In this document: piece by piece, positions 41,701-52,578 of the stretch
Numbering within the stretch: the first letter of the stretch is position 1
How the letters are laid out: each line of letters opens with the position of its first letter
Assembly: GCA_013265495.1 (NCBI GenBank)
Contig: MU058584.1
Coordinates: 124,001-188,000, forward strand
Direction: 5' to 3'
Origin: Vicugna vicugna
Taxonomy: Eukaryota
DNA length: 64,000 nucleotides
The notes under the pieces: generated by a model
Databases searched by the model: none
Seen by the model: the letters and a program-made list of their open reading frames with translations, nothing else
What the model was told of the DNA's origin: nothing
Made by a program: the position numbers and the translations under genes

Positions 41701-44700
41701 CAATAGCTTTTAATAGAATTAAAATTAAAGCAAAGCCAAGCTGAAAAGGGTATACTAGGCTGTCAGTTTTCTTTGTGTTATCCTTAAAATTTTCTTGTTA
41801 GGTAGTACATTTTGCTGGAACTTCTTAAAACAGTATCCTGTGATTGAACTTCTTCAGCCTCAAATTTCCAGTCTTTATACTTACCCAGTGAAATGTTATT
41901 TATACTCTTTGAAAACATAGCATGTACTGTAGATAATTATAGCAAAAGTGTAATGGGTAGCAGAAGATATTGCCAAACCAAGATTCTGGAGACCAGACGA
42001 AATAGACACATAACATGTGTCTATATAGATCACAGTGCTAGGAAATACACGAAAAAGTTAAGTGAAAGAGGAACTAAAAATAAAGTTCTTATAAGAACTG
42101 TCTGCTACTTTTTGTCTAATCTACTGGTGTCTTTCCCCCTTTTTCATACATACATACACATACACTTACACATATTTTACGCATTGGCTTAAGAGAAGAA
42201 AAACAACACAGGGAATAAGATAGTTTATCCTGTAGTGTTTTGCAGCTTTATTCAGAAATAAGAACAAAAGTTTTTCCACTAAGCTATGAGTCATTACTTT
42301 TTAGTTTAGTGGAGAAAATGACTTTTAGGGGGCTGAGACAGCAGTTTTTTGTTTGGTTTTTTTTTTTTTTTTTGGTAGGAGATAATTAAAAAAAAATAGG
42401 CAATCATACAGCTTGGGCTTTGCAGTCAGATGAATTTGGATTTCAACCAGATTCCATTGCTGACAAACTCAGACTTTAGGGAAATGCAGAGCCTTGGTGT
42501 CTTTATATCTAATACAGTAATATTAATAGTTGCCTCCCTTCCTAGGTTAAGAAATTTAAACAAATAATTAAATAATAAATCGGGTCCTTAGCATAGTCCT
42601 TAACACATGTTAGGTGTTCAGTATGTGTCTGTTTCTCTACCACCGGGGGATTGACCTTTGGAGCATATGGCTATAGTCTGAAGAACCCATAAATGGATAG
42701 GACAAGGGGAGAGAGTTTGTTTTTCCTTAGCTGCAGCACAGTCATCCATGATCCCTCCACACCCCCAGCTCTTCATAAAGATTCATTTTAATGCCATTAT
42801 TTTCATTATCATCCATCAACACAGAAAATTAGCACATTTGGAAAGAATATGAAATCAAGATTTTACAACAGTGGCTTCTACTGTACTACCCATTATCTAA
42901 TTAGGTTTATGAAGGCTTGATTTAGATAATTTAGACCTACTCTTTATTCATTTTTGGAGGAAAGCGTATCATAAATTTGAAAGGAAGAGCTCTTCCAAAC
43001 AGAAGAACAGCCCGAATCTCCCTCAGTAGTCTATAACCTCTTACTACAGCCTTTAAAAAAAGTGATTTTAGAGTGATTGCCTGAATTGATTCTATTTCAG
43101 TGTTCATTTCACATGATGTCTACAGAAACTAGATACTTGACAGAAAACCAATTAACAGAGGACACCAGATTTTCTGCTGTTTTTAGGGTTTATTCAGATT
43201 GACTGTATCACATTCATTGTGATGGTTTAGTGACATCAGCTGATAAGTAAACAGAAAATATAATCTTTAATCTGACTTCTTTCCATATTGATAGGAGCTA
43301 TATGACTATTATGTTAGATATATGATAGGTCATCCATTATTTTCATTTGTAGCATAAAACGAGTCTTGTTTTCCTGTAAGTATTAATAACATATTCACAA
43401 AATCATAGATATTTTAAAACAATTACAGTCAGCATGGGTTTAGTATTAGGGAGATGTTATTGCACAAAGTTCCAATTCTGTTGCTCATTTTTAAATGCAG
43501 CCTGACATTTTTATGTATAATAGAATTTCGTAGGTTATTAAGTAGATCAAAAATTAATGATAAAATAACTTGAATTCAGAATATAAAACAGTTCAAGTCT
43601 ATTCTGATGAAACAGCTTCACTTAGGACTGAGTCTTTGGGGTCAGCTTTTTAGCTGTAAAGTTTATCTTGCTTATTTTTTTTAGTAAAATTTGTAAGTAT
43701 ATATAATATTCTACCAAACAGAAAGAAGTGGTCAACCTAATTTCTGTGCATATATGATGCTGATTTTTTTGGAAGCTAATACCCTCCTAGGATTACTTTA
43801 CTAGTTTTGTGTTCAGCTTAAATTAGGGAGAATATAGTATCTCCTTAAGCAAAATACTTATTAGAATCAAAACAAGTCCAAACTCAATTGTTTTTATTTG
43901 TATTTTTAAAATTTTACCTCAATTTAGTATAGTCAGCCTGAGTTTAAAATAGAAAGCTAAAGAGGCATATTTTCCATTTATCAAAATATGAATCTTAATT
44001 TCATTTTGGAACAAACACTTCTATTTTAAGGTGAACTGTAGTGATAAATACCAGAATGCAACTTAAAAAAACCCAAAAACAAATAGTGCCTCTTTTGTTG
44101 TTCTTAAAACATAAATATGAGATATCTTCATAGCGTAAAATGTTTTTTTCCTTCAGACTTTTAAGGATTAACTTTATTAGTCAAAAAGCTTTATTCATGC
44201 TAAGTTGTGACTGTCTATTTGAATAATTACTTTACTTTTATAACAAAGGTTTTCCAAATGCACTTACCCTCAAAGAATTATTATTTAATCAAAAGGTTTA
44301 AACAATTTTACTGTAATTCATTCAACAGAATGTCTGTTACGTAGCCATTATGTTCCAGGCTGCTCTCACTGCAAAGAATCCAGTAAACAAAACCAAGAAA
44401 GCTCTTGCTTTTACGTTCTAGAGACACACACAACAAATATGCAAATAAGTATATAATAGAATTTCAGTTAACAGTAAGGACAAGGAAGGAAAATCAAAGT
44501 GAGAGGACAGAGAGTAATTTTAAATGAATATAGAGAAAGTATATTTTTTCAGGCTGAAGCATATAAATTCTTTGGCTTGTATTTTTAAATTTGCTTTTGA
44601 CTGTTGCTGTTGCTGGTGAAAATTACTTAGAGAAATTAGAAACTCACTGTACGTATTTTGTACACTAATTAAAAAATTTGCCCCCAACTAGTGAATTTAG

Positions 44701-47334
44701 CGTTTATAAATGGAAGTGTCTATGGAGGAATAAAATCTTTAGTTAACCACTATTTTACTTTTAGCAGTAAAGTCTGCAGCTCATGAAATTTGTAGTTCTG
44801 GAGTGGTTTCAGCTTGCTCCAGCCCCTGGGGAGCCTGTTGATACAGCACTGTTACAGATTATTATTCAGCTGTAGAAGTTTTATGCTTAGGCATTTTCTT
44901 ACATCTTCCTCTCTCAGTCAGTGAGATCTTGTATTTTTGCCAAATAAAACAAATCCCATACTAATAAGAAGCTATAAATAAATAGTAGGAGCATTAGTCA
45001 GAGCCTGCAGCACCCTTATTCCTTGTGTGTGTACCTCTCTAGTACGCCCTGATATGTTCATTTTGTACCAGCATATCGTAATGCATAACTACTGTTCTAC
45101 AGACAAACTCCAGTTATTCAAGTGAGGGCTCTTTTTTAGAACTAAGCGATACTGTGGTAGAATTCTGGCATATTACCAGAGTCAAAAGCAGAATGTGAAA
45201 CTGCATGCTGTTGATGGGAGAAGAAAGAAATAGGTTTCCTACTCTTCCTTAAATCCCTAAAGAGTTTATTAGCCCAGAAGACTGCTGGTAGATCTCCAAA
45301 ATGGATTTTTATATGATGTAGCATAGTTCAGCAATTTTTCAGGAGGAAAAAAAAGTTAAGTTGCTTGAGAGTCCTATCTTTTCTGCTAGTCAGATGCTGT
45401 CTGATAATTTTATCCTGTTTGTTTCATTAATTCATTCATTTATTCATTCAGCAAATATTCATCAAACACTTATTGTTACCAGGCACTCTGCTACCATAGG
45501 ATATATAAAAATGAATAAGCTGAAATCCTTATCCTCGAGATTTATTATAGTGGAGAAAAGTGACTTGTAAATCCAAAGTTACAGCACTGTGATGGGAACT
45601 ATAAAAAAGATATATGCAGAATACTTTGAGATAACAAATAAAACTACTACTATTTATGAAGAGTTTACTGTCTTAGCTGTTTTATATAAGTAGTTTCATT
45701 TTATCATTTCAACAGCTTTATGAGGTAGATATTATTATACTATTTAACTTGTGCCAGGAGCACTGACTTTATCTAGGAAGGGAGAAGGTAGTATCATCAG
45801 GGAAGGTTTTCTCAGAACACAATTCTTGAGTTGATTATAGCAGGATGAATGAATAGGGCAGCCAGTGGGAGGAAGATGATGCAATGTGGCATTTCACACA
45901 GAGAGAGGTGAATATATAAAAGCATGGGACGCATGAAAGAACTGTTGTTGGAATGTAGAGTAGGTTCTGGGAGATAAAAGATGGCAGGATCCAGATCATG
46001 ACGGAACTTGTGGGCTGTGCTTAAGGAATTTGGTCCTTACCCTATAGAAGATAGAAATGTGATGAGGCACACATTTCAGGAATGTAACTCTGGAATTGTT
46101 TCCACAAGGCATTAGAGGCAGATTTTTACTCTTAAAGGAAATAAGTTTTTACTTTTAAAGGGAATCTTCTAAAAGGAAGAAATTCTCCAGCATCAATTTA
46201 TGTTTATTGAGTACATACAACATAAAACTCACATCTTCCACTTTTAGTTTTACAATTACAAAACCAAAATAAAATATGTTATATAAATATAACTTATTGT
46301 AAGTTAAATATAAATAGTATTACAAAGATAAAATTCAAATCAACACCCTGAATTTATGTAGCAGATCATGTTTTGTGAAAGTCACTGCTAACAAGTGAAG
46401 ATGTTACTGACTCCCATGGTACAAGTCCTTTCAGTTTTTAATTAAACATTTCCACATTATTGAGTACTCTGTGATTAATTAATTCTCCCTCTAGTTTTCT
46501 CCATCTGAACCACTAAGAAAACCTTTGTTCTGTCTGAGTAACAGTTGTTTGGGAGAAGGACAAAAAGGATCATCATATCTAATAGGCTCCTCTCTCATCA
46601 ATTAAGGTAGATGTATCCAAGTGGTGCCATCATAATCATAAAAAATTCTAACTGCTGGCCCCCAAATTGCGTGGCAGTTATAATATGACCCAGAATATGC
46701 TTACATCAATTAATTTATCATCAAAATGAAAGCACACAAATAATTATAGGGAACCAGTGGGTTTCAATTTGAGAAATGCTGAAGGAGAAGATTCATTGTT
46801 CATTCAGTACATTATTCATCCAGGGATTTTGTAAACAAGAAAGCTACCAGTGACTTGGGTGGAGAGTCATTGACCAAAGCATCTTAAAAAGTCAAGAATC
46901 TGGGACCCAGAGATCAGTAGATTTTTGTTAAAATCAAAGACCTTAAAGGACCCTTTAGAGTAAGACATCATTGTTTCCAAACTATCTCAATTATGTAGTT
47001 TGTGAGGTAAAGTAACGTGAACTTGATGAAGACGTGACTATTGCCAGAGGATTCTGTTCAGAAATGCACTTTTCAGCCAAGATAGCCAGTAAAACTTTGT
47101 GCTTACTTCACCTATGCCCTCTGTAGTATGGCCTCTCAATACTGATGATCTCAGAAATTCAAGCCAGTTTTTAAAAATACTTCTATTCAATTGTGTAGTA
47201 CAATTAGTCATCATTGATAAATAATGAGATAATAAACAAGAAAACTGTATCTTGGTTTGGTTGTGTAGAATACACAATTCTACCCCATTTCAAAGAATGA
47301 AGGGAGACTTGCAGATGTCAATATAAAGACACCC

Positions 47335-47590
47335 TTCAGTAATAGCTAACATTTATTGAGCAGTTACCATTTTGAAGCACTGTGTTAAACTCTTTACATG
47401 TATTAACTGATTTAATCTTCAGAACAACTTTTATGATATAGCTGATATTATAATGATCATTTTATAGATGAAGAAAATGAAGCGTGAGAGGTTAGGTAAT
47501 TTAGCCAAGCTCACATGGGCAGTAAGTAGCAAAGCCAGGATTTGAACATGACAGGCTAATGTCATAACTTTAACCACAATGCAGTATTGT
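47335..47590. mobile_element. MIR SINE, near full length
   Basis: taatagctaacatttattgagc...cattttatagatgaagaaaatgaagcgtgagaggttaggtaatttagccaag...ggatttgaac. Confidence 0.75.
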
Positions 47591-49554
47591 CACTCTTCTT
47601 CATTTAAAGTCAGGCACGTGTTAGATATGGAGACTGATTCTGGAGATGCTGGATTGGCAATTACAACTGACAAAAGGGCATAGGAGTTGAGTGCTTCTAC
47701 ATCGTTTATTTCTATACCCTTACTTGCAGCAATCTAGGAGGAGAAATGAAGGAAGACGGTGTGATATATTTGTCATCCCTAGAAATTGCTCACTTGGAAG
47801 TATTAATAAATGGTAAATAAAACCATTTGGTCTAGATAATGTTAAGATCTGCTGCAGCCCAGAGATGAAAAATTTCATAAATATAAGGGGATAAATATTA
47901 CCATCCACCAGAGTCTTAAGATTATCTAGATTTAGGCTCACTGATTGTATTTCTTTTAACTTTAAAGACAGAGAGAAGTCTATGGGAAAAACATATTTTG
48001 AAAGATTAAATTCCAATCCATATCTCAAAGTTGCAGGTATTCCCATTGGCTGACACAATTGCTTAGAATAGTTCTGTAAATGGAACGTACATAGGACCAC
48101 AGAATCCCTTCTTCACAGGGCATAGATTCAGAGTTGGAGGATAGTTAAAGGATAAATCTATCCATAAATCTGTGAATATTCCTAGAAGAAGAGTGGGGAG
48201 TCAGTTATTGGCATCAGTACATGATGAACCCTGCTGGGCTGTGGAGAAAGGAGAAACTGACCTGAACCAGACAACACCCTACGCAGCTGTCCCTGGCTTT
48301 CCTCCACCTGTTAGCACTCAGTCTTAATTCATGGGTCACATCAAGGCACGCAAGTGCATTAAATGATTTTGAAAAAACAACCACTGATTGATGATGGTTG
48401 ATGGGGGAAGAAAAAATAGGAGCTGTTACTTTCCTACCAACTTCTACTCATTAACAAGGACAGGAAACATTATGAATAAATAAAATTCTTTCCTCACACC
48501 ACAAAAAAGAGCAACTGAATCCCTCAAAGGATTTTATATTTTATCATTAGACAACTAAAGAAAATAATTTCATATAAATGGCTACATTAATCACTGTCAT
48601 AATGTAAGTAGAAAGAAACTTCCCTACTTCTTTAAAAAAGCAACTAGAAATGTTTTCTTTTTGAAAACAGAGTAACCATTTGTTAAACCATACATACCAT
48701 GTATACCATTGAGGATGTTTTTGGTATAAAAGGAAATATCCACGCTGGCTGCATCGTAGTCTTTTATAACCAAAGTTATGAAGAAAATCAAGATATGGGA
48801 AACTGTAATCATGTTTCAAGATTCGCTTTTCCTTTTCTGTTTGATAGCCCTATTTAATTCCCAAAATTTGAATGTAAATATGTGTGTGTAAAAATGTATA
48901 TATATCTAATTCACCTCTTAGGAGAGGTTTAATGTAAGCATAAATGGAAATTCTTTATCTAAGCCAAAAAATTACATAGTATTGAATTCTGCCTTTCTGA
49001 TCTCTCCACATCTAAAACTATCACCAAGTACTATTAATTTTACCTCTTAAGATAGTCCTTGATGCTTCTCTTCAGCCACTTTAAATGAGGCATACTTTCT
49101 CATTTGTATTATGGCACAGTCTCTCTTACTTTAGTCTCTTCTTCAAATCTACCTCCACCATTGAAATCATCCATCTGTGTGTATTTTTTTCCCTGCCTAA
49201 ATGTCTTTCATTGGCTTTTATTAAATCCGAGTTCCTTAAGCATGGCACACAGGGCCCTGCCTCCATGAGCTGGTCCTTCCTTATTTCTCCTGCCTCATTT
49301 CCTACCACTTACACCTTAAGATTCAGCTTGCCAGTAGTTTCCCAGTACTTCCGCATATATATATGTATATACACACACATACACATACATACATACACAC
49401 AGCACACACACATACACCCTTATTACCCTCCCCCTTTGAACATACAATTCCTGTCACTACATCCTTCTTTGTCACATTCCTGTGCTGAATATAGCTGATT
49501 TGAATACAACTTAATAGCTAGTTTATTGGTATAGGTATCTTGATATCTTACACG

Positions 49555-49851
49555 TGTAGTTGAAGCTATGCTGAGCTCCCCAGATCCCTCCTCAGTACTA
49601 AAGTTTTAATTTCCCAACTGCTAAAAGTCCTGCTGCCAAGCAGCCCTCTTCAGGAACTGCCTTGACCCCACCTCAGGACAACTTGAAGGGCATTTCCCAG
49701 TTCCCCTCTGTTGAGGCCTTGAGATTGTATCAAAGTCCAACTTCTTCCTGTTCTGTTGCTTCTTTTCTGCAGGTGTTTTGTCTTAAGAACATTCCATAAT
49801 AAACTTCCGGCAAGCAACTCCTCTGCTTGCTGGGAAACCCAACCTGTAACA
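49555..49851 (+). mobile_element. ERVL solo LTR remnant (LTR16-like)
   Basis: TG...CA termini, internal aataaacttcc poly(A) signal and terminal ctgggaaacccaacctgtaaca. Confidence 0.55.
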
Positions 49852-49910
49852 ACATGTTTTTCTTGTTGATACTTTCCTTTTAGTTCTAGATTTTGTGAAG
49901 TTATAGTTAG

Positions 49911-49981
49911 CTAAAATTCTTATGAAGTCAAGATCATTTCATCAGACTAAAATCTTATAAAGTCAGGATCATTTCATCAGA
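49911..49981. repeat. Tandem duplication of a ~36-bp unit
   Basis: ctaaaattcttatgaagtcaagatcatttcatcaga followed by ctaaaatcttataaagtcaggatcatttcatcaga. Confidence 0.9.
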
Positions 49982-50984
49982 CATGTATTGTGCACCTGCT
50001 CCATGCCAGCTGCAAAGGAAATGAATTAAGACTTGGCCTCTGCCCTGAAGGAGTTTACAGTCCCACAGGTGACACAATTACATTTGAAGCTGTGCTGTAG
50101 CATCTTTAGAATAATCCTTTTTTGACCTAAAGTTCAATAATTTTAGAGTAAAAGTCAAAAGCATGGATTTTTCTCTGTGGCCTTGTGAAGAACAAAAGGA
50201 AAATATTTTAGGGAAAGGAAAATGAATATAAATAAATAGAGTGAAATTTCAGAAGATTACTGAATTTGTCTTTATGATTTTGGAAGCCTTTAGGGAAAAG
50301 GTAGTTTTTTCACTTTTATTTTGAAATAAGTTCAAACTTACAGAGAAGTTACAAGAATAATACTGAACTCTCATATACACTTTACACAGAATCATTATTT
50401 TTTTACTATTTCTCCACATGCTTTAGCATTCCCTATACACTCATACACAATTTTTTTTTTGCTGAACCATCTGAAAGTAGGATTTTAAATACATCATATT
50501 ACTTTATCCCTTAATGCTGTAGTTTGTACTTCCTAAAAACAAGGATATTAACCTCTGTAACCACTATACATTTATCAAATTCAGGAAACTTGACTTTGTA
50601 ACTTTAATCTACAGTCTAGATTCAATTGTTAATTATTCCTCAAAAGACGAGTTTTAAGAAGAGTCATATAACATGTGTAATTTAAACTGAAAGTTGTATG
50701 AAGTAAGCTACAGAAGATTTCAGAAGTTTACTAACTTGATTAAAATACAGTAGTTAAGTGAACTCACTTCTGACTTTCTAAGGGCCCAGGTTACCTGTAC
50801 AGGTGTGACTTATGACTCTCCAGTAGTTAAGCCTTGCCTTGGAGAGCCCATTTCATTTAGGTGCCTTTCGAAGGACAGTGTGTATTCTGGATCCAGGGAT
50901 TGTGAATTGCCTTGAGCTCCTATGTAAAGAACACTTGTCGCTGCCTATTCTTCACAGCTGAAGTTAAACGATGTTCTTTGGAAC

Positions 50985-51311
50985 TGGCTTCCCGCCAGCC
51001 AGGCCAGTAGGGGAGGGGCTGCCCCGGTAATTAGATCTGGCTGGGTCCGCCTGACACGTGGAGTGATGCTCTAGAGGCCCCGCCTCCGAATCCCTGCACT
51101 CAGCCTGGACTGCCTGCAGCGGAGGTGTGATCAGCCTGAGGCTCCCGCTTCCTCCTCGCGCACTGGCCGCCGGCACCCCGGGGACGTCATTCCGGCCTGG
51201 CGGGGCTTGGGCTGTTGGGAGTTGGCGGTGGCGGCGGAAGCCCTGACCAGCCGGCCAAGGAGCGGGGGAAACCCAGGCTGTGTCCGCCCCAACACGACGC
51301 CGCTGGAGGTC
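50985..51311 (+). promoter_or_regulatory. CpG-island-type candidate promoter/5' UTR of the PSME3-like gene
   Basis: Abrupt shift to GC- and CpG-rich sequence in an AT-rich intron; CACGTG 51055-51060, GC box ggccccgcctcc 51076-51087, CRE-like GACGTCA 51183-51189. Confidence 0.65.
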
Positions 51312-52052
51312 ATGGCTTCCCCGCTGAAGCTAGAGCAGGACGTGCAGGGGAAAGTAGATTCATTTCGGGCCCGCATCGCCCAGGAGGCCGAGGATCTGGT
51401 GTCCACCTTCTTCCCGCAGAAGCTCTCGGAGCTGGATAGTCGGGTCCAGGAGCTCCGCCTGCAAGACTTATCCAAAATCCGTTCAGTGCCAGCCCCAGAA
51501 ACCCCGGTTGCCCCAGGCAGTGCGGGCGATGGGCCCAACCGGGATATGCCGCCTCCGCAGACCCAGTCCTCGAACAAAGTACTAGCACTGCCAGGTGGCG
51601 AAGGACAGCTTCTGCGGAGCAACCAGCATCTGGTGGAGCTGATTGAGCGGGTAAAACCCGAGATCGAGCTGCTGAGAGAGAAATGCAATACGGTGCGAAT
51701 GTGGGTGCAGCTGCTCATCCCGAAGGTGGAGGACGGCAACAATTTCGGAGTGTCTATCCAGGAAGACACCGTGGACCAGCTATGGACCGTGGAGAGCACA
51801 GCAGCATCCTATCTCCGCCGCTTCTCCACTTATTACAACACCCGGGCCAAGTTGGTATCCAAGATAGTGAAATACCCCCAGGTGGAAGATTATCGCCGCA
51901 CTGTAGCTGAGGTTGACGAAAACGAGTACCTGAGTGTGCGCCAGATCCTGCTGCATGTACGGAACCAGTATGCCACCTTGCATGATGTAATCCTCAAAAA
52001 CATCGAGAAGATCAAGACCCCTCGGAGCACCAACACTGAAAATCTATACTGA
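51312..52052 (+). CDS. Intronless proteasome activator PA28gamma (PSME3)-like protein, 246 aa; probable functional retrogene nested in an ATF6 intron
   Basis: ATG in strong Kozak context (gtcATGg); N-terminus MASPLKLEQDVQGKVDSFR aligns with PSME3 MASLLKVDQEVKLKVDSFR; MWVQLLIPKVEDGNNFGVSIQE, TRAKLVSK, VEDYRR and KNIEKIK..PRS..NLY are PA28gamma hallmarks; no stop, frameshift or intron. A paralogue, not PSME3 itself. Confidence 0.92.
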   Translation: MASPLKLEQDVQGKVDSFRARIAQEAEDLVSTFFPQKLSELDSRVQELRLQDLSKIRSVPAPETPVAPGSAGDGPNRDMPPPQTQSSNKVLALPGGEGQLLRSNQHLVELIERVKPEIELLREKCNTVRMWVQLLIPKVEDGNNFGVSIQEDTVDQLWTVESTAASYLRRFSTYYNTRAKLVSKIVKYPQVEDYRRTVAEVDENEYLSVRQILLHVRNQYATLHDVILKNIEKIKTPRSTNTENLY

Positions 52053-52572
52053 GGACCTTTCTTCACCCTAGTTTTCTTCAGGAGATGGCTAAACTGTTCA
52101 GGCAGCTAGAAGGCAGGTTATTTATGACTGTACAGGTGATGAAACGACTGGAAATGTGCATTACTCTTTAGTGACAATTTCGTACAGTTTATCCTCATAC
52201 TGAATCCTCTTTAGGTGTAATTTTTATTTGATTTTTCTTTCTGAGAGACAATGAGGAAAAACCATCTGGTAGAAGGTGGTAAAGTTGGCCAAGGAGAAAG
52301 GACTGCCATTTTTAAAAGCAGCTTTGTAAAAGATGAATGTTGGCCAAGGTTTCTTTTTTTTTTATGGCATTGGTGACATTGGTTTCAGGGGTCACTAAAG
52401 AAACCTTAAGTTTAAAAGAACGTTAAATGAAGCTTTTCCTAAGGTTCTGCTCTGTTACTTTGTTCAAACCTCAGAAATGCTCCTTTTACACACATCATTT
52501 GTCTTTTGCAAAAGCAAAGGAGTTTAAAGGGATGTGTTTAGGTCTTTGTATGATTCCAGTTTAGCAGATTGA

Positions 52573-52578
52573 AATAAA
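52573..52578 (+). terminator. Candidate polyadenylation signal of the PSME3-like gene
   Basis: First AATAAA I found after the stop codon, followed by T/GT-rich sequence (catttttt gatggtgtaagtgtg). Confidence 0.55.

Noticed and set aside
51057..51075. Canonical ERSE in the retrogene promoter
   Set aside because: CCACG is present on the minus strand but there is no CCAAT at the required 9-nt spacing.
51207..51311. 35-aa N-terminal extension in the ORF track (281 aa)
   Set aside because: Starts at TTG; homology to PSME3 begins exactly at the Kozak ATG at 51312. A non-AUG extension is not excluded but has no support.
51131..51799. 222-aa antisense ORF and other ORFs overlapping the retrogene
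   Set aside because: Shadow ORFs expected opposite a GC-rich coding sequence; no recognisable homology.
51312..52052. Calling this PSME3 itself or a processed pseudogene
   Set aside because: Too diverged and intronless to be PSME3; no disabling lesion to justify a pseudogene call.
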